Program-made: the position numbers and the translations under genes
Assembly (NCBI GenBank): GCA_000989305.1
Contig: LBTB01000006.1
Location: 66,448-130,447 of the forward strand
Direction: 5' to 3'
Source: Candidatus Shapirobacteria bacterium GW2011_GWF2_37_20
GTDB taxonomy: Bacteria; Patescibacteriota; Microgenomatia; UBA12405
DNA: 64,000 nucleotides
The notes under the pieces: model-generated
The model's input: the letters and a program-made list of their open reading frames with translations, nothing else
Told to the model about the DNA's origin: nothing
Databases searched by the model: none
Shown here: piece by piece, positions 18,415-30,025 of the stretch
Layout of the letters: every line of letters begins with the position of its first letter
How positions within the stretch are numbered: position 1 is the first letter of the stretch

Positions 18415-18996
18415 TTATTTAATTGTTTCAATCTTTTTAACAATATCATCAAAAATAGGTTCGACGGGGCGGTTGCCATCGACCTCAAAAAGCAATTTCT
18501 TTTCGGAAAAATATTCTTTAATGGGAGTAATTGTGTCGTCGTAAGTTTTTTGACGAGAAAGAATTAGCTCAGGAGTATTGTCGGTACGTTGTGAATCTTG
18601 AAATTCATCACCCTTAACCTCGCGGCGCTTGGTAATTTCTTCAAAAGTAACATCGAGATGGACTAACAAGGAAAAGGGTTGTTGCTGTTTTTTTAAAAAA
18701 TATTCAATAATTTTTCCCTGATTCAGAACCCGGGGAAAACCGTCGATAATAAAGTTTTGGTAATCTATGGTTTTTAATTTGGCGATTAAAACGTCAAAAA
18801 CTAAGTCATCCGGAACCCAAGTCCCCTTATCAATATAAATTTTAGCTTCTAAACCAAAACCAGTACCGGCGGCAATTTCATCACGAAGAAGCTGGCCAGT
18901 GGAAAGATGAGTTAATTTGTACTTATCGGCAATTAGCTTTGCCTGGGTTGATTTGCCGCAGCCGCTGGGGCCGATTATAAAAAGATTTAATGGCAT
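18415..18996 (-). CDS. adk: Adenylate kinase (short form, no zinc lid)
   Basis: P-loop GPSGCGKSTQ, then LSTGQLLR. Confidence 0.9.
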   Translation of the reverse strand: MPLNLFIIGPSGCGKSTQAKLIADKYKLTHLSTGQLLRDEIAAGTGFGLEAKIYIDKGTWVPDDLVFDVLIAKLKTIDYQNFIIDGFPRVLNQGKIIEYFLKKQQQPFSLLVHLDVTFEEITKRREVKGDEFQDSQRTDNTPELILSRQKTYDDTITPIKEYFSEKKLLFEVDGNRPVEPIFDDIVKKIETIK

Positions 18997-20277
18997 TTAA
19001 TAAGTTAGTTTATCGTAATTATACATTTGAACCACGTTTTCAATTTTACGATTTAATTCTAATATGACTGAAACAACGATAAGAACTGAAGTACCACCAA
19101 TAGAGAGAGAGGTAATACCGGTTATACTTTGAATAATTGAGGGGATAACAGCAATTAGAGCCAGGAAAACAGCACCAATAAAAACAACCCGATAAAGTAG
19201 GTATTGAAGTCTTTTTTCGGTGGCCTGACCGGGACGGATTCCGGGGAGAAAACCACCCGACTTACGGAGCTCTTCGGCAACATCTTTGGGTTTAAAAACA
19301 ACAGTAGAATAAAAAAGAGTGAAGGCAACTACCATTAAGAAATAGGTGACTAAGTATAGAATACTGGTTTGACTAAAGGCTGTAGAAAGATGACGGGCAA
19401 AATTGGCAATAGCCGGATTAGAAGCCTGACTTAAAGACTGACCTAAAAGTGAAGGCATAGATACCAGTGAAACCGCAAAGATAATTGGCATAACCCCGGC
19501 GACATTTACTTTTATGGGAAGATAGGTAGTTTGAGATCTTTTGGCGTAAGAAACCGGAATTCTAAAAACAGCTTCTTCAATAGTAACGACAGCAAAAACA
19601 ATGGCTATGGCTAAGGCAATAAAAAGAATTAAATTAAAAAGAGTTTGAGGATTAGAAAAATCTGAAATACTTAAAGACTGAACTGCAGAAATGGGAAGAC
19701 GAGAAATAATGCCAGCAAAAATCATAACAGAAATACCGTTGCCAACACCAAATTCATTAATTAATTCACCCAAAAAAATCATAATCATAGTTCCGGCAAC
19801 CATCGAGGTCACCATGGCAATGATAACTAATAGTGATTGTTCACCAATAATATTTTGAGATTTTAAAATACCGTACATGGCTAAAGCCTGAAAAATAGAC
19901 AAAGGAATTGTCAGGATTCGGGTATACTGATTAATCTTGGCCCGACCATACTCCCCCTCCTTTTGAAGTTCTTTAAGCTCCGGAATAACAAAACCTAAAA
20001 GTTGAAGCATGATAGAGGCATTGATGTAAGGGTTTAATCCGAGAGCGGCAATAGAAAAATTGGCCAAGGTACCTCCAGAAAAAATGTCGAGCAAAGATAG
20101 AAATTGATTTTGGGCAAAAAAAGATTTCAAGAGAGCCAGATTTACCCCCGGGACCGGAATATGAGCAATCAGACGAAAGAGAATTAATATGGCAAAAGTA
20201 AAGAGAATTTTCTTACGAAGTAAGGGAGTTTTTAGACCTTCAACATAAAGCGATAAAGATTTTTGAAGATAATTCAT
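18997..20277 (-). CDS. secY: Preprotein translocase subunit SecY
   Basis: 10-TM SecY homology. Position between rplO and adk. Confidence 0.9.
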   Translation of the reverse strand: MNYLQKSLSLYVEGLKTPLLRKKILFTFAILILFRLIAHIPVPGVNLALLKSFFAQNQFLSLLDIFSGGTLANFSIAALGLNPYINASIMLQLLGFVIPELKELQKEGEYGRAKINQYTRILTIPLSIFQALAMYGILKSQNIIGEQSLLVIIAMVTSMVAGTMIMIFLGELINEFGVGNGISVMIFAGIISRLPISAVQSLSISDFSNPQTLFNLILFIALAIAIVFAVVTIEEAVFRIPVSYAKRSQTTYLPIKVNVAGVMPIIFAVSLVSMPSLLGQSLSQASNPAIANFARHLSTAFSQTSILYLVTYFLMVVAFTLFYSTVVFKPKDVAEELRKSGGFLPGIRPGQATEKRLQYLLYRVVFIGAVFLALIAVIPSIIQSITGITSLSIGGTSVLIVVSVILELNRKIENVVQMYNYDKLTY

Positions 20278-20729
20278 GACTCTATCTTACCACCAGAGGC
20301 AAGAACTTTTGCGACGGCTTTTTTTGAAAGTTCCACACCCTTGAAGGTTAGTTTTTTATCAAGTTCTCCGGTTGAAAGAATTTTAACTTTTTTGGTTAAT
20401 TCTTTTTTGGAAGTACGGGTAACCTTTTCAAAAACACTTTTTTTATCAACAGTCTCACCTGTTTTGAACCATTTAGAGATTTGGGTTAAGGAAATAATGT
20501 GAGTATCTTCTTTGGGCAATAAGCGATGTTTTCCTCTAAGTAAAGGTAATCTTTTTAACCAGCCTTTTTTTATTTTGGTACCATCAAAGGTCAATTTTCC
20601 GTGACCGCGAACATTATCACCCTTGGCACCACGACCAGTAGTGTGACCACCAACACCAGAACCAATACCTCGACCGACACGTTTTGCTTGTTTAATAGTA
20701 GATTTTTTTAAGGAAGATAAAATATCCAT
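20274..20729 (-). CDS. rplO: 50S ribosomal protein L15
   Basis: uL15 homology (GRGIGSG-x-G-x-T-x-GRG). Confidence 0.9.
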   Translation of the reverse strand: MDILSSLKKSTIKQAKRVGRGIGSGVGGHTTGRGAKGDNVRGHGKLTFDGTKIKKGWLKRLPLLRGKHRLLPKEDTHIISLTQISKWFKTGETVDKKSVFEKVTRTSKKELTKKVKILSTGELDKKLTFKGVELSKKAVAKVLASGGKIES

Positions 20730-20734
20730 AGAAT

Positions 20735-21190
20735 TTATTTATTAAGAATCTCTAATGCTTTAAGGGTAGCCCAAACATTTATCGATTTATTTCCAGAACC
20801 AATAATTTTACTGACAATATCTTTTATACCGGCTAGTTCGACCACAGAACGAACAGGTCCACCGGCAATTAAACCACTACCCTGTTTTCCGGGACGAAGA
20901 AGAACGACTGCCCCCTTAAACTTCAAGGTTATTGAGCCAGGAATGGTTCCATTAACAATGTTGACTTCGATTAGAGATTTTCGAGCGCGGTTAATGGCTT
21001 TTTGGATGGCATCGGCAACACTTTTGGCACGACCATGACCAACTCCAACCCGATTTTTTTTGTCACCGGTAACAACCAGAGCGGTAAAAGAAACCTGATT
21101 ACCACCTTTGGTTTTTTTGGAAACACGTTTAATTTCGACGACCTTGTCGGTAAATTCACTGATGATTTTATTGTCTCTGTCTTGATACAT
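20735..21190 (-). CDS. rpsE: 30S ribosomal protein S5
   Basis: uS5 homology. Directly abuts rplO with a 5-nt gap, so there is no rpmD (L30) between them. Confidence 0.9.
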   Translation of the reverse strand: MYQDRDNKIISEFTDKVVEIKRVSKKTKGGNQVSFTALVVTGDKKNRVGVGHGRAKSVADAIQKAINRARKSLIEVNIVNGTIPGSITLKFKGAVVLLRPGKQGSGLIAGGPVRSVVELAGIKDIVSKIIGSGNKSINVWATLKALEILNK

Positions 21191-21196
21191 AATTTA

Positions 21197-21541
21197 TTAA
21201 AATTTTAGGCCTCCGGAACGAGCACCTTCTGCCAGGGCTTTAACCCGGCCGTGGTAACGATATGAACCACGATCAAATCTAACAAAGGTAATTTTTTTGG
21301 ATTTGGCAATTTTGGCCAGAGCTACACCGACAGCTTGGGCCTGTTCCGACTTGGTACCCTTGGTAACGGTGGTTTTAGTTGAAGCGGAAGCATAAGTTTT
21401 ACCGTGTTTGTCGTCAATAATTTGAGCCCAGATATGACAGTTACTACGAAAAACCGAAAGTCGGGGAACATTTATGTTTTGTGATAATTTACCACGAACA
21501 CGACGTAATCGACGAATTTTGGTGTTATTGATAATAGTCAT
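21197..21541 (-). CDS. rplR: 50S ribosomal protein L18
   Basis: uL18 homology. Confidence 0.9.
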   Translation of the reverse strand: MTIINNTKIRRLRRVRGKLSQNINVPRLSVFRSNCHIWAQIIDDKHGKTYASASTKTTVTKGTKSEQAQAVGVALAKIAKSKKITFVRFDRGSYRYHGRVKALAEGARSGGLKF

Positions 21542-21545
21542 GGTA

Positions 21546-22085
21546 TTAGGCTTTGGCGGTCTTACCGGCTTTTAACTTAATAAATTCATCTTTGTAACGA
21601 ATGCCTTTACCTTTGTAGGGTTCCGGGGTTCTAATTTTTCTAATATTACTGGCAACTTGACCAACCACTTCCCGGTCGCATCCGGAAACAGTAACTTTAC
21701 TTTCTTCGGCAACAGAAATGGTGATACCTTCGGGGGCAATAATGTAAACAGGGTGAATATAACCAGCCAAAACAGTTAATTTATTGTCGGCAACAGAGGC
21801 TTTATAGCCAGTACCACGAATTTCCAGTTCTTTTACCCAGAAATCAACAACACCTTTAATCATATTGTTTAAATGTGCCCGAACTGAGCCGTGGTTAGAA
21901 CGGGTTTGTTTGTCTTCGGCGAGCCGAGTAACTTTGAGCTGATTGTTTTCAACAGAAATTTCAATTTTAACAGGGAGATTGTAGGTTAAAACACCCTTGG
22001 GACCGGTAACAGTGACCAAAGAATTTTCACTTTTGACGGTGACATTTTCGGGAATGGTAATAATTTGTCTTCCAATACGTGACAT
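21546..22085 (-). CDS. rplF: 50S ribosomal protein L6
   Basis: MSRIG-x-x-I-x-IP start; uL6 homology. Confidence 0.9.
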   Translation of the reverse strand: MSRIGRQIITIPENVTVKSENSLVTVTGPKGVLTYNLPVKIEISVENNQLKVTRLAEDKQTRSNHGSVRAHLNNMIKGVVDFWVKELEIRGTGYKASVADNKLTVLAGYIHPVYIIAPEGITISVAEESKVTVSGCDREVVGQVASNIRKIRTPEPYKGKGIRYKDEFIKLKAGKTAKA

Positions 22086-22091
22086 AGGTGT

Positions 22092-22460
22092 TTACCAAAT
22101 TTCAGCGATTAACTCACCGCCGAGTTTTTTGGTTACGGCTTCTTTTTGAGAAAGTAAACCGATGGAGGTAGAAATAATAATTAAAGATTTAGGAGTTTTA
22201 CCCCAAGGTAAGGTTTTTGAAGTACAATATAAACGACGACCGGGAGTAGAAAAAATTTCGATATCAAGAACCCGGGGTTCCGAGATACTGATAGATCTTT
22301 CTTTTTGGTGAACACTAAAATCGGTAATAAAGCCGTATTTTTTAAGTTGTTCTAAGATACTTAAGGAATATTTTGAAAGAGGAGCCGAGATACTTTTACG
22401 ACCAGCCCGACTACCGTTTTTGATTCTAGTTAATAAATCGCAAGATAATGAAGTGATCAT
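22092..22460 (-). CDS. rpsH: 30S ribosomal protein S8
   Basis: DLLTRIKNG motif. Start trimmed from track value 22571 to ATG 22460 to remove the overlap with rpsZ. Confidence 0.85.
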   Translation of the reverse strand: MITSLSCDLLTRIKNGSRAGRKSISAPLSKYSLSILEQLKKYGFITDFSVHQKERSISISEPRVLDIEIFSTPGRRLYCTSKTLPWGKTPKSLIIISTSIGLLSQKEAVTKKLGGELIAEIW

Positions 22461-22464
22461 ATGA

Positions 22465-22650
22465 TTACCAGCTGGCCCTTTTGACGCCCGGAAGAGCTCC
22501 GGTGTTGGCCAATTTTCTAAAACATAAACGACAAAGACCAAAAAGACGAATATAACCTCGAGGTCGGCCACAAAGCTGACAACGGTTATGATGTCGATTC
22601 GAATATTTTAATTTTTTGTTTTCTCGAACTATTTTTGCAGTTGTAGCCAT
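22465..22650 (-). CDS. rpsZ: 30S ribosomal protein S14, Zn-binding type Z (61 aa)
   Basis: CxxC...CxxC (CQLCGRP...CRLCFR) short-form uS14. Confidence 0.9.
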   Translation of the reverse strand: MATTAKIVRENKKLKYSNRHHNRCQLCGRPRGYIRLFGLCRLCFRKLANTGALPGVKRASW

Positions 22651-22652
22651 GG

Positions 22653-23186
22653 TTATTTTTTCTCAAATGGAAAGCCTAGGGTGGATAATAACATTTTTGA
22701 TTCTTCGATTGAAGAGGCAGAAATCGTCATGGTTACTTGAACCGAGCGAATTTTGTTGATAACGTCTAGATCAATTTCGGAAAAGTAGGTTTGATCGTGA
22801 ATAGTTAGGGAATAATTACCTTCTTGGTCAAAAGAGCTCTCAGGTAAACCTTTAAAATCACGAAGACGGGGTAAAACGATATTAAAAAGTTTGTAAATAA
22901 AGTCATACATCCTAGTACCCCGAAGAGTAACTTTATAGGCTAAGGGTTCACCTTCACGAAGTTTGAAAGCGGCAATTGATTTTTTAGAAGTGGCTAATCG
23001 GGGTTTTTGGCCGGTTATAGCCATTAATTCTTTTTCGGCTGCAGCCAATAATTCCTTACTGTCCCGGCCCTCGGAAACACGATAGTTGATAACTACTTTT
23101 TTGAGTTTAGGTAAAGAATTTGGGTTTTTGGATCCAAGAGCTTTGGCAAGTTGTTGATTAATTTCTTTTATATAAGTTGACATCAT
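22653..23186 (-). CDS. rplE: 50S ribosomal protein L5
   Basis: uL5 homology. Confidence 0.9.
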   Translation of the reverse strand: MMSTYIKEINQQLAKALGSKNPNSLPKLKKVVINYRVSEGRDSKELLAAAEKELMAITGQKPRLATSKKSIAAFKLREGEPLAYKVTLRGTRMYDFIYKLFNIVLPRLRDFKGLPESSFDQEGNYSLTIHDQTYFSEIDLDVINKIRSVQVTMTISASSIEESKMLLSTLGFPFEKK

Positions 23187-23191
23187 AGGTT

Positions 23192-23512
23192 TTATTTTTT
23201 AGTAGAGACAATAATGGATTTACATTTACGGCAAATGCGGGATTTGTCCCCATTTTTATCAATGGAATAAGCAACTCTAATTCTTTTTTGACAATTTGGG
23301 CAAAGAAGCATGGTTTTGGATGCTTTTATGGGACGTTCTTTTTCAATGATGCCGCCCTTTTGACCCTGAGTAGGTTTAAGGTGTTTCTTAAAAAGATTAA
23401 GGCCTTTAACTACAATTTCTTCGCTTTTGGCAAAAACACGAAGGACTTCGCCACTACGACCCTTGTCTTTTCCGATTAAAATTTCAACTTTATCACCTTT
23501 TAGAATTTTCAT
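23192..23512 (-). CDS. rplX: 50S ribosomal protein L24 (variant with CPNC...CRKC in the C-terminal half)
   Basis: KOW motif: KILKGDKVEILIGKDKG. Start trimmed from track value 23542 to ATG 23512. Confidence 0.85.
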   Translation of the reverse strand: MKILKGDKVEILIGKDKGRSGEVLRVFAKSEEIVVKGLNLFKKHLKPTQGQKGGIIEKERPIKASKTMLLCPNCQKRIRVAYSIDKNGDKSRICRKCKSIIVSTKK

Positions 23513-23513
23513 A

Positions 23514-23882
23514 TTAGTAGACCTCCTTGGCCATTGAGGCAATTTTGGTAAAACCAGCGTCTTTTATCTCGCGAGCAATGGGCCCAAAGATACGAGTACC
23601 GCGAGGATTTTTTTGAGAATCAATAATTACACCAGCATTATCGGAAAATCGGATATAGCTACCGTCGGTACGACCTAATTCTTTTTTAGTACGGACAATA
23701 ACTACTTTAACCTTTTCTTTCTTTTTAACCAAACCATTGGGCATAGCTTCTTTGACGACAGCCAAGACAATGTCGCCAATACCGGCTTGCTTATGTTTAG
23801 AACCAACGTAGATATGCATAATCTCGAGAGATTTGGCTCCACAGTTGTCAGCAGGTTTGAGTCGGGTTCTTAGTTGCAACAT
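23514..23882 (-). CDS. rplN: 50S ribosomal protein L14
   Basis: uL14 homology. Confidence 0.9.
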   Translation of the reverse strand: MLQLRTRLKPADNCGAKSLEIMHIYVGSKHKQAGIGDIVLAVVKEAMPNGLVKKKEKVKVVIVRTKKELGRTDGSYIRFSDNAGVIIDSQKNPRGTRIFGPIAREIKDAGFTKIASMAKEVY

Positions 23883-23883
23883 A

Positions 23884-24150
23884 TTAGTCGATTATGGCTG
23901 ATTTAATAATTTCTAACGTAGTAAATCTTTTTAGTTTGCTAAGAGGTCTTGTTTCCCGGACCTTAACAGTATCCCCCATCTTGGCTTTTAAGTTATTATC
24001 GGCGTAAATCTTTTTGTTTTTCTTAATAATTTTTTTATAAAGAGAGTGGCGAGTAGTATAAGACAACGAGACCACAATAGTGTTGGTCATTTTGTCGGAG
24101 ACAACGACGCCAGTAAAAATTTTTCCAGTATTAATAATTTTATCTGTCAT
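23884..24150 (-). CDS. rpsQ: 30S ribosomal protein S17
   Basis: uS17 homology. Confidence 0.9.
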   Translation of the reverse strand: MTDKIINTGKIFTGVVVSDKMTNTIVVSLSYTTRHSLYKKIIKKNKKIYADNNLKAKMGDTVKVRETRPLSKLKRFTTLEIIKSAIID

Positions 24151-24337
24151 TTTGGTTTAAAAGAGTCAAAATTAAAGCAATTTCAGATTGAATTTTCTTG
24201 AAAACAGAAGTATCTTTTTGGTTACCCAAATATTGCTTACTTTTAGCTTCAACAAATTTCTTTTTGGCTTCAACTAAAAGTTGATGCAACTCAGCTGTGG
24301 TTTTTTGCTTGTAGGCAATTTTATCAGTTTTTTTCAT
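24140..24337 (-). CDS. rpmC: 50S ribosomal protein L29
   Basis: uL29 homology; position between rplP and rpsQ. Confidence 0.85.
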   Translation of the reverse strand: MKKTDKIAYKQKTTAELHQLLVEAKKKFVEAKSKQYLGNQKDTSVFKKIQSEIALILTLLNQNDR

Positions 24338-24352
24338 ATATGCTTAAGTAAA

Positions 24353-24757
24353 TTATTTTCGTTTAACAATTTTGGTAACAACAGGTAATTTAGCAGCGGC
24401 TAGACGAAGAGCTTCATGGGCTTCGGCTTCGGGAACACCAGTGACTTCGAATAAGATTCGACCAGGACGAATAACAGCAACATAACCTTTGACGTCACCT
24501 TTCCCGGCACCAAGGGGTGCGCCAGCACCTTTTTGAGTAAAAGGTTTATCCGGAAAGATGCGAATCCAAGTACGACCACTTCTTTTGGTGGCATGGGCAA
24601 TGGCCCGACGAGCAGATTCAATTTGATTGCTGGTAATCCAACCACAAGCCATAGACTTAAGGCCATATTCACCAAAAGCAACCAGATTGCCCTGAGAGTT
24701 ACCTCTCATGCGACCGCGAAATTGTTTTCGATATTTGGTTCGTGATGGTTGCAACAT
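24353..24757 (-). CDS. rplP: 50S ribosomal protein L16
   Basis: [12 protein letters not shown]-x-RGRM start. Confidence 0.9.
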   Translation of the reverse strand: MLQPSRTKYRKQFRGRMRGNSQGNLVAFGEYGLKSMACGWITSNQIESARRAIAHATKRSGRTWIRIFPDKPFTQKGAGAPLGAGKGDVKGYVAVIRPGRILFEVTGVPEAEAHEALRLAAAKLPVVTKIVKRK

Positions 24758-24761
24758 AATT

Positions 24762-25406
24762 TTAGACGGCTAAACAAAGATAAACTTTAACACCAATGTA
24801 ACCAGAGCGGGTAAGACAGGGAACTTCAGCGTAATCAATATGAGCTTTAATGGTACTTAAGGGGACTTGGCCTTGATGGAATTTTTCACGACGACTAATT
24901 TCAGCACCGTTAATACGACCAGAGAGAATAACTTTAATTCCTTTGACTCCGGCGGCCATGGATTTTTCCACGGCGGAAAGAACAACCCGACGATAAGGCA
25001 TACGCTTGGCTAATTGATAGGATATTTTTTCAGCAATTAATTTAGCCGATAAATCGGTGTTTCTAAATTCTTCGACCTGAATGTCAATATTGGTTTTGAC
25101 ACTTTGTTTGGTCATTAGTTTTTGAACTTCGTTCTTGATACTTTCTAATTCTTTACCACCGCGACCAATAACTAAACCAGGGCGGCTGACAATCAAAATT
25201 AATTTTATTTTTTTAGCAGATCTTTCAATACGAATAGCAACAACTCCGGCAGAGGCCAATCTTTTTTGAAGGGTTTGGCGAATTTTATAATCTTCGAGCA
25301 ATAATTCTTTATATCGACCCTTTGAGGCAAACCAAGAAGACATCCACTCGGGAGAATTGGGGTGGGTTTTAAGCCTAAATGAAATTGGATTAATTTTTTG
25401 ACCCAT
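24762..25406 (-). CDS. rpsC: 30S ribosomal protein S3
   Basis: [12 protein letters not shown] start; KH domain. Confidence 0.9.
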   Translation of the reverse strand: MGQKINPISFRLKTHPNSPEWMSSWFASKGRYKELLLEDYKIRQTLQKRLASAGVVAIRIERSAKKIKLILIVSRPGLVIGRGGKELESIKNEVQKLMTKQSVKTNIDIQVEEFRNTDLSAKLIAEKISYQLAKRMPYRRVVLSAVEKSMAAGVKGIKVILSGRINGAEISRREKFHQGQVPLSTIKAHIDYAEVPCLTRSGYIGVKVYLCLAV

Positions 25407-25409
25407 AGA

Positions 25410-25859
25410 TTATTTGACCTGACCTTTAACAATTATAATTAAACGACTGTGGCGTTTTGTAATGATTCCGCGGGAAAAGTGGGAACCATGAGATTTATCC
25501 ATGCGCTTAATTTTTGGACCTTCGTCGACTTGAATAGAATCGAAGATTAGGCTTTCAGGTAGGAGATTATAGTTGTTTTTGGCTGTAGATACAACAGTTT
25601 TAAGGGCTGAAGTTAAAATACGGGCGGCCTTGGTGTTAGTAAGAGATAATTTAATAGAAGCATCCAGAGGTTTTAGTTTTTTGATAGAAGAAGCCAAAAG
25701 ACGTAACTTACGGGGAGAAATTTTAATATTTTTATCGGTATATACCGATAACTTAAACTCAGGAGCGGCCACAACAGGAGTGGTGTTTGTTTTTTTATCA
25801 ACTTCTTTTTTGACAGTTGTCTTTTTGGTAATAGTTTTTTTAGTAATTTCTTTTGCCAT
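25410..25859 (-). CDS. rplV: 50S ribosomal protein L22 (with a ~40-aa Lys/Thr-rich N-terminal extension)
   Basis: uL22 core. Start trimmed from track value 25934 to ATG 25859 (MAKEITKK) to clear rpsS. Confidence 0.85.
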   Translation of the reverse strand: MAKEITKKTITKKTTVKKEVDKKTNTTPVVAAPEFKLSVYTDKNIKISPRKLRLLASSIKKLKPLDASIKLSLTNTKAARILTSALKTVVSTAKNNYNLLPESLIFDSIQVDEGPKIKRMDKSHGSHFSRGIITKRHSRLIIIVKGQVK

Positions 25860-25863
25860 ATTT

Positions 25864-26139
25864 TTAGGTCTTTTCAATAACTCTCTTAACCACACGACCG
25901 TGACCCTTAAAGGTTCTGGTAAGGGCAAACTCACCTAATCGGTGACCAACCATGTCTTCGGTGACATAAACTTCAATAAATTTGTGACCATTGTGAACTG
26001 AATAGTGATGACCGACGAAATCAGGAGAAATTTGGCTACTTCGGGCATAGGTTTTAATCGAAGATCCGTCCGTATTAGCGGCAGTTTTTTTGACCAACTT
26101 GGCGTCAATGTATGGACCTTTCTTGGAACTTCTTGCCAT
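25864..26139 (-). CDS. rpsS: 30S ribosomal protein S19
   Basis: [12 protein letters not shown] start; uS19 homology. Confidence 0.9.
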   Translation of the reverse strand: MARSSKKGPYIDAKLVKKTAANTDGSSIKTYARSSQISPDFVGHHYSVHNGHKFIEVYVTEDMVGHRLGEFALTRTFKGHGRVVKRVIEKT

Positions 26140-26140
26140 A

Positions 26141-26884
26141 TTATTTAGAGCGATGCTTAATGATTAATTTATTGGAGAATTTTTTATGTTTTCGAGTTTT
26201 CTTACCCATAGCTGGCTTACCCCAAGGAGTTTTTGGGTTCATACCAATACTGGATCGACCTTCACCGCCTCCATGGGGATGGGAGTGAGGATTTTGGGCA
26301 ACACCACGAACACTGGGTCGAATACCACGATGTCGGGAATCACCGGCTTTAACTAATTTTTGGTTAGAGTGATCAGCGTTGCCAACTTGGCCAATGGTGG
26401 CACAAGCGGTTCCAGGGAAGAGTCGAAGTTCACTTGAAGGAAGCTTGATAGTAACTTTTTCTCCATCAATTGACTGAATAAAAGCCGCAGAACCGGCAGA
26501 TTTAACAATTTGAGCGCCTTTTCCGGGCTGAAACTCTAAGCAATGAAGAGCCGTACCAACCGGAATATTTTTTAGAGGTAATTTGTTGCCTTCTTGGATG
26601 GGAGCAGATTCGGAGTAGACCAAAACATCATTAACTTTTAGATTAACGGTGGCTAAAATATAGGCCTTGGAACCATCTTCGTAAGAAAGAAGAGCGACGT
26701 TGGCGGTACGACCGGGATCATATTCAATGGCAATAACTTTAGCCTTAACATCAAGCTTGTTTCTTTTCCAGTCAATAAGACGGAGAAAGCGCTTGTGTTC
26801 ACCACCACGATGACGGACAGAGACATGGCCCTGAGAGTCACGACCGCTGTGTTTTTTCTTGATGGTTAATAATTTATTTTTCAT
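26141..26884 (-). CDS. rplB: 50S ribosomal protein L2
   Basis: uL2 homology. Confidence 0.9.
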   Translation of the reverse strand: MKNKLLTIKKKHSGRDSQGHVSVRHRGGEHKRFLRLIDWKRNKLDVKAKVIAIEYDPGRTANVALLSYEDGSKAYILATVNLKVNDVLVYSESAPIQEGNKLPLKNIPVGTALHCLEFQPGKGAQIVKSAGSAAFIQSIDGEKVTIKLPSSELRLFPGTACATIGQVGNADHSNQKLVKAGDSRHRGIRPSVRGVAQNPHSHPHGGGEGRSSIGMNPKTPWGKPAMGKKTRKHKKFSNKLIIKHRSK

Positions 26885-27161
26885 TTTTTAAGGTTAAAAT
26901 ATCAATTTTTTGATCTTTTTTGAGAGTAATATAAGCCTTTTTAAAATTTGGACGAATAATGGGAGTACGAGTTTTCCAATTAGACTTAACCTTGCCTTTA
27001 ATAATAAGAAGATTAACCTTTAGGGGTTTAATGCCAAAAAGAGTTTGGAACTCAGTGGCAACTTGACCTTTGGTGGCTTTAGCATCGACAACAAAGCCGT
27101 ATTTTCCAACAGCTTGGGCGGCAATGGCTTTTTCAGTGACTAAAGGTCTTTTAATAATCAT
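26874..27161 (-). CDS. rplW: 50S ribosomal protein L23
   Basis: uL23 homology. Confidence 0.9.
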   Translation of the reverse strand: MIIKRPLVTEKAIAAQAVGKYGFVVDAKATKGQVATEFQTLFGIKPLKVNLLIIKGKVKSNWKTRTPIIRPNFKKAYITLKKDQKIDILTLKNEK

Positions 27162-27165
27162 ATGT

Positions 27166-27801
27166 TTATATTGACAATTCTTTGAGAGCGGCGGCGGTAA
27201 ACATTAAATAATTCTGTTTTGATAAATCATAAGTATTAAGTGATTTAACTGAAAGAATGTTGATTCCAGGAATGTTCCCGAAAGCACGTTTGACGCTGTC
27301 AAAGCTACGACTGGTTATGATACCAATTTTACGGCTTTTTGCCAACGATTCGTTTTGTTTTTCTAATTTGTCGACAAATACCCACGCGGCTTTGGTTTTT
27401 GGTTCAATGGTGGAAAGTTTATCGATGATTAAAATTGATTTATTTAAAGCAAATTTTGAGAGAACCGATTTGAGAGCAGATTGACGCAATTTTTGAGAAA
27501 AATGTTGTGGAGTTTTTTGATCGCCGCGGGGACCATGAGCCGAACCACCACCAACAAATTGAGGGGCCTTGGCGGTAGAATGACGGGCATTTCCGGTTCC
27601 TTTTTGGGCATACATTTTCTTGGTAGTACCGGCAACTTCGCCACGGTGCTTTGCAATAGCATGGGCGGCCCGTTGATTATGAAGGTAAATTTTAACTGCT
27701 TGAGCAATTAATTTTTCGTTAATTTTATATTCAAATATATTCTTATCTAAGGTAATATCTTTGATTTTTTCAGCTTGGATGTTATAGAGACTGGCATTCA
27801 T
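27166..27801 (-). CDS. rplD: 50S ribosomal protein L4
   Basis: uL4 homology. Start trimmed from track value 27858 to ATG 27801 to clear rplC. Confidence 0.85.
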   Translation of the reverse strand: MNASLYNIQAEKIKDITLDKNIFEYKINEKLIAQAVKIYLHNQRAAHAIAKHRGEVAGTTKKMYAQKGTGNARHSTAKAPQFVGGGSAHGPRGDQKTPQHFSQKLRQSALKSVLSKFALNKSILIIDKLSTIEPKTKAAWVFVDKLEKQNESLAKSRKIGIITSRSFDSVKRAFGNIPGINILSVKSLNTYDLSKQNYLMFTAAALKELSI

Positions 27802-27802
27802 A

Positions 27803-28360
27803 TTATTTTTTGGTAATAACCACCCAGGAATTGACATGACCTGGAACACCGCCAGCAACGTAAAGCAAAGATTGCTCTTTGTCGAATTTGACGATTTTCA
27901 AATGAGTAACGGTAGCAGTTGCATTACCGAAATGCCCAGGCATCTTTTTACCACGAATAACCTTGCCAGGAGTTTGAGCACCAATTGAACCAGGGGCACG
28001 AACACGATCGGAGGCACCGCCGGAAACCGGTTGGCGGTGGAAACCCCAGCGTTTGATAACACCGGCAAAACCACGACCCTTACTTTTACTGGTTGCAGAC
28101 ACGGAATCGCCAGGAGCAAATATCAAATCGGCTGTGACTTCTGCCTTAAGTTCGGGCATAGATTCAGCTGTTGATTGAAATTCAATAAGTTTATTTTTAT
28201 GAGATTTTAATTGAACTGCTTCATAGCCATCTTTTTCCTTGGTACGAAGTCGATTAACGGTCAAAGGTTTCGCTTCTAGAACAGTAACTGAGACCCTTTT
28301 GCCATCATCACTAAAGATGCTGGTCATGTATTTTTTTTGAGTAAGAAATCCGGAAATCAT
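27803..28360 (-). CDS. rplC: 50S ribosomal protein L3
   Basis: uL3 homology. Confidence 0.9.
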   Translation of the reverse strand: MISGFLTQKKYMTSIFSDDGKRVSVTVLEAKPLTVNRLRTKEKDGYEAVQLKSHKNKLIEFQSTAESMPELKAEVTADLIFAPGDSVSATSKSKGRGFAGVIKRWGFHRQPVSGGASDRVRAPGSIGAQTPGKVIRGKKMPGHFGNATATVTHLKIVKFDKEQSLLYVAGGVPGHVNSWVVITKK

Positions 28361-28368
28361 AGTGGTAA

Positions 28369-28677
28369 TTACATCTTCACTTCAACTTCAACTCCGGAAG
28401 GCAAGTCGAGATGCTGGAGGCTATCGACGGTACGAAGATTAGTGCTGAAGATATCGATTAAACGTTTATGGGTCAATACTTCGTAATGATCACGAGCGTT
28501 CTTGTCGGTATGAGGACTAGTTAAAACTGTAATGAGTTTGCGAGAGGTAGGTAAAGGGATCGGACCTTGGACAGTGGCACCGGCAGTAACTGCGGCTTCC
28601 ACAATCTTGACCGCCGCCTCGTCGATGAGGCGGTGGTCAAAAGATTTAAGTCTAATCCGAATACGATTGCCTTTCAT
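28369..28677 (-). CDS. rpsJ: 30S ribosomal protein S10
   Basis: IRIRLKSFDHRLID start. Confidence 0.9.
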   Translation of the reverse strand: MKGNRIRIRLKSFDHRLIDEAAVKIVEAAVTAGATVQGPIPLPTSRKLITVLTSPHTDKNARDHYEVLTHKRLIDIFSTNLRTVDSLQHLDLPSGVEVEVKM

Positions 28678-28679
28678 TT

Positions 28680-29852
28680 TTATTTAATGATTTCGGTGAT
28701 AGCACCAGCACCAACAGTCAGACCGCCTTCGCGAATAGCGAAACGGAAACCATTTTCCATGGCAACTGCTTTAATTAATTTAACGGTAACATCGGCATTG
28801 TCGCCTGGCATAACCATTTCGACACCTTCGGGAAGAGTAACTTCACCGGTAACGTCAGTGGTTCTGATAAAGACCTGAGGTCGGTAACCAGCGAAAATAG
28901 GAGTGTGACGACCACCTTCTTCTTTTTTAAGTAAAAGAACTTGGGCCTTGAATTCGGTATGAGGAGTAATGGTACCAACTTTGGCCAAAACCTGACCGCG
29001 TTCGATATCGTCTTTTTCCACACCTCGGAGAAGGAGTCCAACATTATCACCGGCTTGACCTTGATCAAGTTGTTTGTGGAACATTTCCACGCCTGTGACA
29101 ACGACTTTTTTGGTGTCGCGAAGACCAACAACTTCAACTTCGTCGTTGATTTTGACAATACCACGTTCGATTCTACCGGTAGCGACAGTGCCGCGACCCT
29201 TAATAGAGAAAACGTCTTCAATTGGCATCAAGAAAGGCTTGTCAAGTTCACGAGCAGGTTCGGGAATGAAAGAGTCGAGAGCTTCCATCAATTTTTTGAT
29301 AGATTCAATACCATCAGCTTCACCGTTGAGGGCTTTGAGAGCAGATCCACGAACGATAGGAGTGGTTTCACCGGGATAACCATATTTAGTTAATAAGTCA
29401 CGGATTTCCATTTCCACCAGATCTAAAAATTCAGGATCAGTAACAAGATCGACTTTGTTTAAAAAGACGACCAGAGAAGGAACGTTAACTTGTCGAGCTA
29501 ACAAAACGTGTTCACGGGTTTGAGGCATTGGGCCGTCAGGAGCAGAAACGACTAAAATAGCGCCGTCCATTTGAGCAGCACCAGTGATCATGTTTTTGAC
29601 ATAGTCAGCATGTCCTGGACAGTCAATGTGAGCGTAATGACGAGTCTCAGACTCGTATTCAACGTGAGAGATAGCAATAGTAACGATTTTGTTGGCATCG
29701 CGAACGGTACCGCCCTTGGCGATATCGGCATAGGATTTTGCGTTGCCTTGAATTTTTGTAATAGCCGCAGTTAAGGTAGTCTTACCATGGTCAACGTGAC
29801 CGATGGTACCAACATTAACATGGGGTTTGTTTCTTTTATAGACGTCTGCCAT
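28680..29852 (-). CDS. tuf: Elongation factor Tu
   Basis: [21 protein letters not shown] GTPase motifs; 390 aa. Confidence 0.95.
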   Translation of the reverse strand: MADVYKRNKPHVNVGTIGHVDHGKTTLTAAITKIQGNAKSYADIAKGGTVRDANKIVTIAISHVEYESETRHYAHIDCPGHADYVKNMITGAAQMDGAILVVSAPDGPMPQTREHVLLARQVNVPSLVVFLNKVDLVTDPEFLDLVEMEIRDLLTKYGYPGETTPIVRGSALKALNGEADGIESIKKLMEALDSFIPEPARELDKPFLMPIEDVFSIKGRGTVATGRIERGIVKINDEVEVVGLRDTKKVVVTGVEMFHKQLDQGQAGDNVGLLLRGVEKDDIERGQVLAKVGTITPHTEFKAQVLLLKKEEGGRHTPIFAGYRPQVFIRTTDVTGEVTLPEGVEMVMPGDNADVTVKLIKAVAMENGFRFAIREGGLTVGAGAITEIIK

Positions 29853-29860
29853 ATTTGTTT

Positions 29861-29890
29861 TTTTTAAAAAATCCGCTTAAGCGGAAAATT
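29861..29890 (-). other. Short hairpin (TCCGC ttaa GCGGA) followed by a U-run on the minus strand, ending 10 nt before the tuf ATG. There is no recognisable SD in front of tuf
   Basis: Read directly from the sequence. Confidence 0.3.
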
Positions 29891-30025
29891 AATAACAATT
29901 AATTGTAACGAAAAACGCTTTAGAATTGTATCAGTAAGACACCAGCTTCGCAAGACGGAAATGAAGCCTGAAAACAGGACTAAAACATTATTCGATGATT
30001 CATCCGATAATAGCACAAAAATAGC

